Source: Ignavibacteria bacterium
Lineage (GTDB): Bacteria; Bacteroidota; Ignavibacteria; UBA10030; UBA6906
Direction: 5' to 3'
DNA length: 64,000 bases
Assembly (NCBI GenBank): GCA_040290295.1
Contig: PSMW01000012.1
Span: 37,519 to 101,518 of the forward strand
The first letter of the stretch is position 1. The number at the start of each line of letters is the position of its first letter. The position numbers and the translations under genes are program-made. The notes below the pieces were generated by a model, which saw nothing but the letters and a program-made list of their open reading frames with translations, did no database searches and was not told the origin of the DNA. Positions 18,750 through 28,387 of the stretch are shown here, piece by piece.

Positions 18750-21599
18750 TCAATCCCAATTGATTTTCATGCCCAGTGAGATTTGACGTGGAGAACGGAA
18801 AACAAATGGTGGAACACGTGCGCGGAATGACTGACCTCCATCGATTCCCGCCCATGTATAGATCACTCGGGTATCAGGAGCAAAGTCACCAAAACGAATC
18901 GGACGGCCCGTAAGCGTATTGAACCCGCCGGCGTTGAGATCCACGTTCTTCCGATTGAAAAGGTTGATGATATCGAGAGTGAGGACCAAATTGAGCTTGT
19001 CTACAACCTTGAAGCCTTTGAAGAACGAGAAGTTCACCTCCGACGTGTACGGTCCATTCCCCGTGTTCAGCAAATAGATGTCTTCCAAACTACGACCCGG
19101 GTTGTACGGCGTGTAAGGGAACCCGCTCCCATAGTTCCATGTCACCGACGCGCCCCAGTTGTCGAAGGGGATACCGAAGATCTCGTAATCTTCGCCCGGT
19201 TGGACACGATAGCCGAAGAACAAGTTGAGCGTATGCTGTTGGTCATAGTCCAGGCGCGTTTCACGAGGCAAGCCTTGCAGTTGCGGACTATTCAACGCTG
19301 CAAAAGGATTGGACGACCGACCTTTGGCAATCTGGAAGGTGTAGCCGATACTGCCCGAGTAGTGATGCGTGAGTGCTTTGTTCAAAATAATCTCGAAGCC
19401 GCGTGCGCTGGCATAATCAAGATTGATATACACGTTGATTGGCGGGTTGACCGGCAACGCCCGCGGTGCGACGTAATCGAAGATGTCCTTGTAGAAGCCG
19501 CGAATAGCAATTGCCAGATCATCGAAGATCGCCTGTTCGAATCCAGCCTCGTACTGCACCGTACGTTGCGGCTTGAGTCCGGGATTTCCAGCGTAGTTTC
19601 CCGAAAGCGTTGTGTAAATCGGGTCGTGGTAAATCTGGTCACGGTCAGGATATTGCAAGAAGTGCCCGTAGTTGAAGTAGAACTTCGTCGTCTGCGAAAC
19701 GGGATAACCGATGGCAAGACGCGGACTGAAGTTGCCACGAACGAATTGTGAGAAGAACGATTCGTTCTTCACCCAATCGGCTTTCAGTTGCGTGTAGCGC
19801 TCCCAGCGTGTCACGAAGCCCAGCGGTCCTCTATCGAACACCTGTTTGCCAAGATAGAACCAGTCGTACCGCAATCCGACATGGATGGAAAGCAGCCCTT
19901 CCCCAAATTCAATATTATCTTGGATGTAGAGGCCACCTCGGCTGGGCATTGCGTTCGTCACCCAACGACCACTGCCATAGCCGGGGTACAATCCTCGCCG
20001 GCCGCCCAGGCTATCCACCAAACGTCGCTCTTCGATCGGCGCAACAGGGAAGGAAATGTCGGTGGACTGCAACTGCTCGTAATAGTACTCGATACCGGTT
20101 TTGAGATAATGCAGTTCATGCACTTGACTGCTGAAATCGACTTTAGCGTTCCAGAGAACAGAATTGGCGTGACTCCAACTCTGACCTGTACCAAGATCGT
20201 TGAATCCATCTTTTGATGGATCGCGCAATTGGGTGTTCGTAACGGTGGAGTATTGAGGAGGAGTAAGATCACCGATGGTGTACTCTTCTTCCGTTTCTTG
20301 CCGACTGATGTAGCTCCTCAACAGGGTATTCGTACCAATGATATGAGTCCACTGCAGGACATTCTGCGTTCCGATCCGGAGTCTCGAACCTGTGGAATCT
20401 GCCAGGTTCAGCCAGCTATACGCACCGTACAGTTGGTGCACGGAACTCACGTTAGCGCGATAGCTGTAGGCAAGTTGATCGTGATCGCCGATTTGATACG
20501 ACAACTTCGAGTTGAAGGAGTAACTGTTGTTTTGTTTGTCGGTGTAGGTGAAGCCGATATTGTCCAAGAATCCCAACAGCCCTCCGAACTTGATCTTGCG
20601 TTTGAGAGGATTGTAGAATTGCGAGCGATTGAAATCATACGGACCATCCTTCTGGCTGAAGTCCGCACTCATAAAGAACGTCAGCTTGCCGGGGACTTCG
20701 ACGCCAAGGGCAGGCAGCACGTGGTTCGTAATAGGTTCAGGACCGCCGATGAACGCCGAATAGTATCGTTCACCAAAACCTCCGCCCGGAGAGATATCAT
20801 CCGTGCGATATTGTGCGGAACCATTGAAGCGCTCGCCGCCTTGCTTGGTGGTAATATTCACGACACCGGATTGCGCGTTGCCGTACTCTGCATCGAGTCC
20901 GCTGCTCGAAACGCTGACGGATTGAATAGCGTTCGCCGAAACCGAGAGTGCACCGCCGCCGGTCGTTGCCGTGCCCGCATAGAGTTGCTGCAGTTGTTCG
21001 TTGGCACTACTGGTTCCCGCCGTAACGCCGCCGCCGCCGACATTGTTGACGGGGACCCCGTCGATCAGAATCTGCGTCTCATTGGCACGTCCGCCGCGCA
21101 AGAACAACTGATTCCCGAACTTCACCACGCCCGCCTGAAGCGTAAGCACGTCTTCAACGCCCTTCAAGTTGGGGAGTTGTTCGATCTTATCTTTACTGAA
21201 CGTCTGATCGCCCGAAAGTTTTCGGGTGTCCACAATCGGTCGCTCGCCGTATGCTGTGACACCTTCAACCTCGATATCGGTGCTTGCCAAGCGAAGATTG
21301 AGAATGGTAGATTGATCCACTTCGATGACCACATTCTTCACTTCGATTGGCTTATACCCAATGAGCGATGCGCGCACGGTGTACGAACCGGGCGTCACGC
21401 CGGTGATCGAGTACTCACCCTTCGTGTTGGTAACGCCGCCACGCCCACTTCCTACGATGACGATGTTCACACCCGGCAACGGATCGCCGTTCGAAACGTC
21501 CGTCACCTTCCCTGCAAGTGCGCCCGTGGTGCCGGCGAAGCTGCTGCTGATCAATCCCACGGATGCGAGGACGAATGCTGCAACGCGGAAAATATTCAT
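18750..21599 (-). CDS. TonB-dependent-receptor-like outer-membrane protein with N-terminal carboxypeptidase-regulatory-like domain (Oar/SusC-like architecture)
   Basis: The start is taken at ATG 21599 (MNIFRVAAFVLASVGLISSSFA). It has a CarboxypepD_reg block (GKVTDVSNGDPLPGVNIVIVGS..GGVTNTKGEYSITGVTPGSYTVRASLIGY) and plug motifs (LQAGV, LFLRGGRANETQILIDGVPVNN), followed by a long barrel of about 750 aa. Confidence 0.8.
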   Translation of the reverse strand: MNIFRVAAFVLASVGLISSSFAGTTGALAGKVTDVSNGDPLPGVNIVIVGSGRGGVTNTKGEYSITGVTPGSYTVRASLIGYKPIEVKNVVIEVDQSTILNLRLASTDIEVEGVTAYGERPIVDTRKLSGDQTFSKDKIEQLPNLKGVEDVLTLQAGVVKFGNQLFLRGGRANETQILIDGVPVNNVGGGGVTAGTSSANEQLQQLYAGTATTGGGALSVSANAIQSVSVSSSGLDAEYGNAQSGVVNITTKQGGERFNGSAQYRTDDISPGGGFGERYYSAFIGGPEPITNHVLPALGVEVPGKLTFFMSADFSQKDGPYDFNRSQFYNPLKRKIKFGGLLGFLDNIGFTYTDKQNNSYSFNSKLSYQIGDHDQLAYSYRANVSSVHQLYGAYSWLNLADSTGSRLRIGTQNVLQWTHIIGTNTLLRSYISRQETEEEYTIGDLTPPQYSTVTNTQLRDPSKDGFNDLGTGQSWSHANSVLWNAKVDFSSQVHELHYLKTGIEYYYEQLQSTDISFPVAPIEERRLVDSLGGRRGLYPGYGSGRWVTNAMPSRGGLYIQDNIEFGEGLLSIHVGLRYDWFYLGKQVFDRGPLGFVTRWERYTQLKADWVKNESFFSQFVRGNFSPRLAIGYPVSQTTKFYFNYGHFLQYPDRDQIYHDPIYTTLSGNYAGNPGLKPQRTVQYEAGFEQAIFDDLAIAIRGFYKDIFDYVAPRALPVNPPINVYINLDYASARGFEIILNKALTHHYSGSIGYTFQIAKGRSSNPFAALNSPQLQGLPRETRLDYDQQHTLNLFFGYRVQPGEDYEIFGIPFDNWGASVTWNYGSGFPYTPYNPGRSLEDIYLLNTGNGPYTSEVNFSFFKGFKVVDKLNLVLTLDIINLFNRKNVDLNAGGFNTLTGRPIRFGDFAPDTRVIYTWAGIDGGQSFRARVPPFVFRSPRQISLGMKINWD

Positions 21600-21639
21600 A
21601 AGCGGTCTCCTGATCCCAGAGTGTTGAGTCTGAACGTCG

Positions 21640-23433
21640 CTATTGGATCTCATGGATATCTCTCAGTGCTTTTCTCATAGCAGCGATCACGGAACTCTTC
21701 TCACAGAAATACAACGGGATACCAAAATTGACGATCGAGTATTCTCGTCGCGCCGGTGGTATCGGATCGGGCGCCAAGAAACGCACCGACACTGTCTGAC
21801 CGTTGAAATCAGGATCGTCCGTTCTGGAAATGAAGCGTCCGATCGGTTCTGCAAATCCGAGCGGTTGATTCACCATCACGAACCGCACAGCATACAGTGA
21901 GTCGGCCGGGACCTTAGTCGAATCGATGCGAATATCGGGATATCCGTTAATGCCGGTCATCCCCACACAATCCAGTTCGTTGTTGCGTCGATAGTTCGCG
22001 GTATGGAAGACATCTCTCGCCCACATCCAGAACGGAATTCCCGAGAAGACTGTTGAATCGATCGGCCCGACGAAAATCAGATTGCCACCCGCCTGAAGGT
22101 AGCGTTTCAGGTTTCCTTGCCTACCGGCATTCAATTGGTAGATTGCCGCGCCTATCACCGGCAGCTTTCGTTCGGCAAGGAAGATCACCGAAGAATATTT
22201 CCCCAACGTAATAACCGAGGCACTTTGATCGAGCCACTGCACTCCATTGGAGCGAATGTCGAACTTGCCGGTCAGTCCACATGAATCCATTACCTCACGG
22301 TAGAACGCCTTGATCTGGTTCGAATCAGGATTGCCCACTGTGCCCGGCAAGTTGGGTATGTCGTTGATGATCAACACCCGGGGACCGACAAAGTCCGGAT
22401 CGTCGATGTCGGGAACGGTTGCCTTGAAACTACCTTGTCCACTCGAATGCGTGTACGTCGCAATGTTGCTTAACACGCCCCACCGATTCTTTGCCCGAAC
22501 ATAGAACCGATGCCAGCCGCTACGAATGGGCTTGAACGATGACGCTGTCACAAACGCCGTGGTGCTTTCAGACCAGTCCGACCAACTTGCTGGGTTGAGT
22601 GTATCGTCCACTGCCCATTGGAACACGCGTTCGTCGGTACTCTGATCGATCGCACTAAAGTCGATGCGGATGCCTTGGAAGCGAGTGGTTCGGTGTCGGA
22701 TGGCTACTTGGTCGGTGTCGGAAAGTCCGCGACTGATATCGGTATTGACGATCGGAGGCGACACTCTGACGATGGGTGCGGGAGATTTCAGGGTCCAGAA
22801 GTTGACGACGGCGGGTGTCGGATCGATGCCGCCGTCATTGTCGATCGATGATACTTCGAAAATGTGCATGTTGCTGTCGGCAGGAGAATCGAATATAAAC
22901 TGCCCCGTGGTCGGCGAGCGATGAACAACGGAATCGGCGCCCATCACGGAATCACCGGCAACGATGCCCGACTTATAGGGCACGGCAAACGGTCGCTTCG
23001 TGACGAGCGAATCTATGATCGCTTGAATAAGGGTTTGGTCCTGATTCGTCAAGGTCGAGAAAAAGCGATACATCTCCGGCAATGATCGGGGCGTGCCCTT
23101 CACCATCATAACACGCGGAAGATTCGACGTGCCGATGCTGACAATATTGAGAATGGTGCTATACCGCTGCACCACTCGTTGGCCCCGATAAACATCCGTC
23201 CAGCGATAGCGATATGCTATCACATACCCATCGGGATCGTCACCGAGCCAGTACAGTTGAACCTCAGGCCGCACACCAAGATTGATGTACTGGGCAATCG
23301 TATCGTTAACAGGAATGTTCGCGAGCCGTGTATCAGGGAGTGTGTTTTTTTTGGGCGGCGACTGCGGGTACTCGCAGCTCCACACGGCAAGCGCAAGTGC
23401 AAAGAGAGGCGAGAAAAACGTTACCAATTTCAT
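21640..23433 (-). CDS. Large hypothetical lipoprotein
   Basis: The start is taken at ATG 23433 (MKLVTFFSPLFALALAVWSC lipobox). About 597 aa with no recognisable motif. The longer track ORF would overlap the upstream gene. Confidence 0.5.
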   Translation of the reverse strand: MKLVTFFSPLFALALAVWSCEYPQSPPKKNTLPDTRLANIPVNDTIAQYINLGVRPEVQLYWLGDDPDGYVIAYRYRWTDVYRGQRVVQRYSTILNIVSIGTSNLPRVMMVKGTPRSLPEMYRFFSTLTNQDQTLIQAIIDSLVTKRPFAVPYKSGIVAGDSVMGADSVVHRSPTTGQFIFDSPADSNMHIFEVSSIDNDGGIDPTPAVVNFWTLKSPAPIVRVSPPIVNTDISRGLSDTDQVAIRHRTTRFQGIRIDFSAIDQSTDERVFQWAVDDTLNPASWSDWSESTTAFVTASSFKPIRSGWHRFYVRAKNRWGVLSNIATYTHSSGQGSFKATVPDIDDPDFVGPRVLIINDIPNLPGTVGNPDSNQIKAFYREVMDSCGLTGKFDIRSNGVQWLDQSASVITLGKYSSVIFLAERKLPVIGAAIYQLNAGRQGNLKRYLQAGGNLIFVGPIDSTVFSGIPFWMWARDVFHTANYRRNNELDCVGMTGINGYPDIRIDSTKVPADSLYAVRFVMVNQPLGFAEPIGRFISRTDDPDFNGQTVSVRFLAPDPIPPARREYSIVNFGIPLYFCEKSSVIAAMRKALRDIHEIQ

Positions 23434-23495
23434 CGAGTGCCGAAGCTCGTAGCGATGTGTCATAGCAACCCCTACAGGTTTCCAAAAACTGTTGG

Positions 23496-24134
23496 TCAAA
23501 ACTGTTGGATAGATGAAACGTACACCATCGGCGCAACCCAATCGAACCACTCCGACTGTCGAATCATGGAAGCGTCCAGATCCAAGGTCAGCACCACTAA
23601 CGTCGTTTTGCCTTCTTTCACTTCGATCGGCGGCGACTTCGTCATCATCGTGAAGCGAGAAGGGATGGCATTGTCGCGCACGTCGATTACCTGATAGCTC
23701 AATCCATCGAAGCGCAACAAGAACGGATCGTGCGTTATCGGCGTGCTTCGCTCGGAAACGAGCGTCGTGTACATGCCGGGCGGGGCATACGCAACACCCA
23801 GAACAAGTTGCGAATCGCGAGCAGCCAAGCTCAAGCAGTTCAACGAATCGCCATCACGCTTGCGCCGAATCGCATTGAGATCCGAGAGCAGCACAAGGAA
23901 CGCGCCGTCATCCCGCTGAGCCACGAAATCTTTGACAATGATATTGAATCTGTTGGAATCGCTGAACGGAATGATCGTCGTTCTATCGTTCTTCACCCGC
24001 AAGCGAACCTCCAGAATACCGGGCAGCGGCGACGAATATTCGTACTCGCTACAGGAAAGGAAACTGATGGCGAGCACCAGAACGACGAAGCTTTTTACAA
24101 GAAAGGCAGTAAAGAAATCTCTCATACGTACCAT
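23496..24134 (-). CDS. Hypothetical lipoprotein, first gene of the outer-membrane cluster
   Basis: 212 aa. Signal peptide plus lipobox (LVLAISFLSC), beta-rich, with no recognised domain. Confidence 0.5.
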   Translation of the reverse strand: MVRMRDFFTAFLVKSFVVLVLAISFLSCSEYEYSSPLPGILEVRLRVKNDRTTIIPFSDSNRFNIIVKDFVAQRDDGAFLVLLSDLNAIRRKRDGDSLNCLSLAARDSQLVLGVAYAPPGMYTTLVSERSTPITHDPFLLRFDGLSYQVIDVRDNAIPSRFTMMTKSPPIEVKEGKTTLVVLTLDLDASMIRQSEWFDWVAPMVYVSSIQQF

Positions 24135-24311
24135 GACGACTGGTGAGTGATGGTTGTTCGTGAGAAGTTGTTGAATTCGATACTTTCGTTCATCGACCGT
24201 ACGGTTCCGTACACCTTTGTGACGCGCTCGACGAGGGACCAGCTCGTCTCGTTCTACAACATTGAATGTTGGTGTAAAGATGGTGTGGGTAAAGCTTCGT
24301 GATGGTGACGT

Positions 24312-24340
24312 AATGTAGGAAACTCGGTTCGCTTTGTCAA
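24312..24340 (-). promoter_or_regulatory. Sigma70-like promoter candidate for the 24134->14842 cluster
   Basis: The minus strand reads TTGACA (24340-24335), N17, TACATT (24317-24312), preceded by an A-rich tract. It lies in the 236-bp gap downstream of argH and about 180 nt upstream of the first lipoprotein ATG. Confidence 0.4.
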
Positions 24341-24369
24341 TAGATTTTTTTGAGGATCGCGGGTCGTCG

Positions 24370-25740
24370 CTACGCCAATGTTTTCTTCCATCGTTTAAGC
24401 TGGCGTTCCACCTCTTTAGGTGAGGTACTGCCGGCAGAGTACTTCATGTTCACGCTCGTGCGAGGATCGAGAATCCGATAGATCTCTTCGGTAAATAACG
24501 GTGAGACTGCCTTATAGTCCGCCAAGGAAAGCTCATGCAGGAAACATTGGCGATGTACCGCTTTGATTACGATCTGCCCGACCAGCGCATGTGCCTTGCG
24601 GAAGGGTACGCCTTTTCGCACCAACCAATCAACGAGGTCGGTCGCCAGTGAAAGGTCACCGTGAAGCTGCTGCTCGAAGCTCTCGCCGCGGAAAGTGGTC
24701 GTGGCAATGAGTTCACTGGCTATCTTGAGCGATGCTTCTGTGGTGTCGGCGGCTTCGAACAGATGAATCTTATCTTCCTGCATGTCCCTGTTGTAGGCAA
24801 GCGGAAGACCTTTCATCACTGTAAGCAATCCGATAAGCGCCGCATACACCCTCCCGGTCTTGCCACGGATCAGTTCCGCCATATCGGGGTTTTTCTTTTG
24901 CGGCATCAAACTACTGCCGGTTGCAAAGGCATCGTCGATCTGGGCGAACCCGAATTCCGTCGTACTCCACAGCACAAGCTCCTCTGCAAGGCGACTCAGG
25001 TGCATCATAACGATCGCACACGCTGCAACGAATTCCACCACCACATCGCGGTCGCTCACCGCATCGATGCTGTTTTCGACAATGCCGTCGAAGCCGAGGA
25101 GGCGGGCAACTTCCTGCCGGTCGATCGGCAGCGAGCTTCCTGCAAACGCCGCCGCCCCAAGCGGAGAATGATTCACGCGACGGAGGCAATCGCCGAATCG
25201 TCCTTTGTCCCTTTCGAACATGGCAATGTAGGCAAGAAGATGATGAGCGAAGAGAATCGGTTGCGCGCGTTGCAGGTGTGTGTAGCCCGGTACAATCGTG
25301 CTCTTATGCCGTTCCGCCTGTCGGAGCAGTGCACGTTGCAGGCGCTGGAGCGAAGTGCAAACGCGTGCAATGGTCTTCCTCAGATACAACCGCTCATCGA
25401 GCGCAATCTGGTCGTTGCGACTGCGTGCGGTATGGAGTCGCTTCCCCCGTTCTCCTATCTTTTGCACCAATCGTTCTTCGATAAGGGTGTGAATGTCTTC
25501 TCCACGCCAATCGATTGTGACTTTGCCTGAGGCAATCTCCTTTCGTATCGCCTCCAGTCCGCGGAGAAGGGCGGCTCCATCCGCTGCCGAGATGATCTTC
25601 TGCTTCACCAGCATCCGCACATGAGCTTTGCTTCCGTCGATGTCTTCGTTGAAGAGACGCTTGTCGAGATCGATGGAGGCTGAGAATCGGAGTGCGCTCT
25701 CAGCAAGGGGCTTCCGAAAACGGCTGTTCCACAACGCCAT
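24370..25740 (-). CDS. argH: Argininosuccinate lyase
   Basis: 456 aa. WNSRF at the N-terminus, TGSSLMPQKKNPD (fumarate-lyase signature) and HLSRLAEE. Confidence 0.95.
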   Translation of the reverse strand: MALWNSRFRKPLAESALRFSASIDLDKRLFNEDIDGSKAHVRMLVKQKIISAADGAALLRGLEAIRKEIASGKVTIDWRGEDIHTLIEERLVQKIGERGKRLHTARSRNDQIALDERLYLRKTIARVCTSLQRLQRALLRQAERHKSTIVPGYTHLQRAQPILFAHHLLAYIAMFERDKGRFGDCLRRVNHSPLGAAAFAGSSLPIDRQEVARLLGFDGIVENSIDAVSDRDVVVEFVAACAIVMMHLSRLAEELVLWSTTEFGFAQIDDAFATGSSLMPQKKNPDMAELIRGKTGRVYAALIGLLTVMKGLPLAYNRDMQEDKIHLFEAADTTEASLKIASELIATTTFRGESFEQQLHGDLSLATDLVDWLVRKGVPFRKAHALVGQIVIKAVHRQCFLHELSLADYKAVSPLFTEEIYRILDPRTSVNMKYSAGSTSPKEVERQLKRWKKTLA

Positions 25741-25748
25741 AGCGTTCC

Positions 25749-27008
25749 TCAGTGCCGGCTGCCGTTCACCGGTTCGCTCTCGTAGGGCAACCCTTGCTGC
25801 TTGCCTTCGATCCGCTCGCGCACGCGAGTGTACGTTTTAAGTGGCAATCCATAAATCTTGATGAACCCTTCCGAGGCCTTGTGGTCGAACTGGTCTTCAG
25901 CCGTGTACGTCGCCAACATCGGATCGTAAAGAGAAAAGGGAGAGTGACGAGAAACGACACGCATCGTTCCTTTGTAGAGCCGAACCTTGACGCTGCCGCT
26001 CACCCGATCTTGAGTTTTCTTCACAAACGCAGCGAGTGCTTCGCGCAACGCTGAGTGCCACAACCCGTTGTAGATGAGGTTAGCGTACTCATGCGCCACG
26101 AGCATTTTGTAGTGCATCACGGCTTTGTCGAGCGTGAGCCGTTCCAGTTCCTTGTGAGCGAAATGCAAGATGGTTGCGGCGGGCACTTCGTACACTTCAC
26201 GGGACTTGATGCCGACCAGCCTGTTCTCGATCAGATCGATTCGACCGATCGCGTTCTGCGCGCCGAGCGCATTGAGAAACTCGACCAATGCGATACAGTC
26301 CATCTCCCTCCCATCGATGCTCACGGGAATTCCTTTTTGGAATCCGATCGTCACTTCGTCCGATTCATCGGGAGCCAATTCAGGAGAGACAGTCGATTGA
26401 AAGGCATCGAGAGGAGGCTCGACCGTCGGGTCTTCCAAGACACCACATTCGATGCTTGTACCCCACAGGTTCTCGTCGATCGAATACGGACTTTTGACGG
26501 TTGCCGACACGGGAATGCCGTGTGTTGCTGCGTAGGCGATCTCTTCTTCTCTCGATTTGAACTCCCACATTCTCAATGGTGCGAGCACCTGAATGTCCGG
26601 TGCTAACGCGCCGATCGAAACTTCAAAGCGCACCTGATCATTTCCTTTTCCCGTACATCCGTGTGCAATCATGGTGGCGTTCTCCTTCCGTGCAACCTCC
26701 ACCATCGTCTTCGCCAAGAGCGGCCGACCGATCGACGTCGCCATCGGATAGGCCTCTTCATAGAGCGCTCCTGCTTGTAGCGCAGGAAAGGCATACTCTT
26801 CGAGAAATTCCTTTCGCAAATCGATGTAATAGACTTTTGACGCACCGGCGGCTGCAGCTTTCTCTCGCAGAGAAGAGGTTTCTTTCGTTTGCCCGAGGTT
26901 GCCCGTGCAGGTGATGATCTCTGCATCGTAATGGGCTTTCAACCAGTGCACCATGACCGACGTATCGAGTCCGCCGGAATACGCAACGACGATGTTCTGC
27001 TTGGACAT
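25749..27008 (-). CDS. argG: Argininosuccinate synthase
   Basis: From ATG 27008: [18 protein letters not shown] (PP-loop), then [13 protein letters not shown] and [15 protein letters not shown]. The upstream 35 codons of the track ORF overlap argR. Confidence 0.95.
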   Translation of the reverse strand: MSKQNIVVAYSGGLDTSVMVHWLKAHYDAEIITCTGNLGQTKETSSLREKAAAAGASKVYYIDLRKEFLEEYAFPALQAGALYEEAYPMATSIGRPLLAKTMVEVARKENATMIAHGCTGKGNDQVRFEVSIGALAPDIQVLAPLRMWEFKSREEEIAYAATHGIPVSATVKSPYSIDENLWGTSIECGVLEDPTVEPPLDAFQSTVSPELAPDESDEVTIGFQKGIPVSIDGREMDCIALVEFLNALGAQNAIGRIDLIENRLVGIKSREVYEVPAATILHFAHKELERLTLDKAVMHYKMLVAHEYANLIYNGLWHSALREALAAFVKKTQDRVSGSVKVRLYKGTMRVVSRHSPFSLYDPMLATYTAEDQFDHKASEGFIKIYGLPLKTYTRVRERIEGKQQGLPYESEPVNGSRH

Positions 27009-27009
27009 G

Positions 27010-27465
27010 TTATACGATCCCCAAATATTGTGAGATGTTCTTGATGGTCTTCTTGATACGTCTGACGGAATGCGGAACAACGATAATCGTATCATCGCCG
27101 GCGATCGTACCAAGGATTTCCGCGTCCCGCTTGCTGTCGAGCAAGAATGCTACCCCTTGGGCGCGTCCGGGAAACGTTCTGATCACGACAAGGTGCTCAT
27201 TGGCATCGATCGAAATAATCTCTTCCGCAGTGAAGCCCCGCAGCACTGGTTCCACCTCGTTCGTTCTCAATTCATACCGATAGCCGTTCTCGGTCGGCAT
27301 GCGGATGATGCCCAGCTCCGCCAAGTCCCGCGACAACGTTGCCTGCGTGACCACGATCTTCTTCTTCCTCAGCTCCTTCACCAACTCCGTTTGATTGGAG
27401 ATATCCTTCGATGCAATCAACGACTTGATGATTGCGTGGCGTTTTGCAATCTCTTCCTTGCTCAT
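27010..27465 (-). CDS. argR: Arginine repressor
   Basis: From ATG 27465: [52 protein letters not shown] (wHTH), and C-terminal [12 protein letters not shown] (arginine-binding/oligomerisation motif). Confidence 0.9.
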   Translation of the reverse strand: MSKEEIAKRHAIIKSLIASKDISNQTELVKELRKKKIVVTQATLSRDLAELGIIRMPTENGYRYELRTNEVEPVLRGFTAEEIISIDANEHLVVIRTFPGRAQGVAFLLDSKRDAEILGTIAGDDTIIVVPHSVRRIKKTIKNISQYLGIV

Positions 27466-27508
27466 ATTCTTTTCCCATCTTCGAGATGCGAGAGCGTGCG
27501 AGAGGACT

Positions 27509-28387
27509 TCACACAGCCTCAGCCGCTTTGGCGTCTTCGTTGCGGACGATTTCCGTACCGATACCCTCGGCCGTGAAGATTTCCAAGAGCAAGCCGTGCG
27601 GAACGCGCCCATCGACGATATGCACCTTCGCAACGCCGGCGCGGACGGCAGCCAGAGCCGATTCGACTTTCGGAATCATCCCACCCGTGATGATACCTTT
27701 CGCGATAAAGTCTGCCGCCTCGCTTTCTGTGAGATGGGAAAGCAGCGTTTCGTTGGCTTTCACCCCTTCGATATCGCTCAAGTACACCAACTTCACCGCA
27801 CCGAGCGCCGCCGCAATTTTGCCCGCGGCAATGTCGGCGTTGATGTTGTACACCGTTCCTGCCTCGTCCACACCCAGAGGTGCGATAACGGGAAGGTAAC
27901 CGTCGTTCAGGAGATTGCGAATCAGCGAGGTGTTCACTGCCGTCACCTCGCCGACGAGCCCCAGGGTTTCCAGGTCAAGGGGCTGTGCGATGAGGAGCTG
28001 CCCGTCGATACCGCTAACACCCACCGCTCGCCCCCCGTGCATGTTGATGCGTCGAACGATATCCTTGTTCACCAAACCTGCAAGAACCATCTGGACGACA
28101 TCACGGGTGCGTTCATCGGTAGAGCGCTGCCCATTGACGAATGTTGTTTCGATGCGGAGCTGCGTAGCGAGCGCCGTAATGTCCTTGCCTCCGCCATGGA
28201 CGACGACGACATCGATCCCGATCTTGCGAAGCAACGTCACGTCTTGTGCGACGGTCTGCTTCAAGCCTCCGTCCTCCATCGCTGCCCCACCGTACTTGAT
28301 CACGAACGTCGTACGCTCGAATTGTTGAATGTACGGCAGCGCTTCGACGAGCACGTCTTCCTTGCGAAGTTGTCCGTTACTCTTCAT
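27509..28387 (-). CDS. argB: Acetylglutamate kinase
   Basis: From ATG 28387 (ATGA overlap with the argJ stop): ALPYIQQF...FVIKYGGAAM...VVVHGGG...NINADIAAGKIA. Confidence 0.93.
   Translation of the reverse strand: MKSNGQLRKEDVLVEALPYIQQFERTTFVIKYGGAAMEDGGLKQTVAQDVTLLRKIGIDVVVVHGGGKDITALATQLRIETTFVNGQRSTDERTRDVVQMVLAGLVNKDIVRRINMHGGRAVGVSGIDGQLLIAQPLDLETLGLVGEVTAVNTSLIRNLLNDGYLPVIAPLGVDEAGTVYNINADIAAGKIAAALGAVKLVYLSDIEGVKANETLLSHLTESEAADFIAKGIITGGMIPKVESALAAVRAGVAKVHIVDGRVPHGLLLEIFTAEGIGTEIVRNEDAKAAEAV

Noticed and set aside
20229-21680. 483-aa ORF on the plus strand
   Set aside because: It is antisense to the TonB-dependent receptor gene, has low-complexity Arg/Ala-rich content and no motif. 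It is a shadow ORF.
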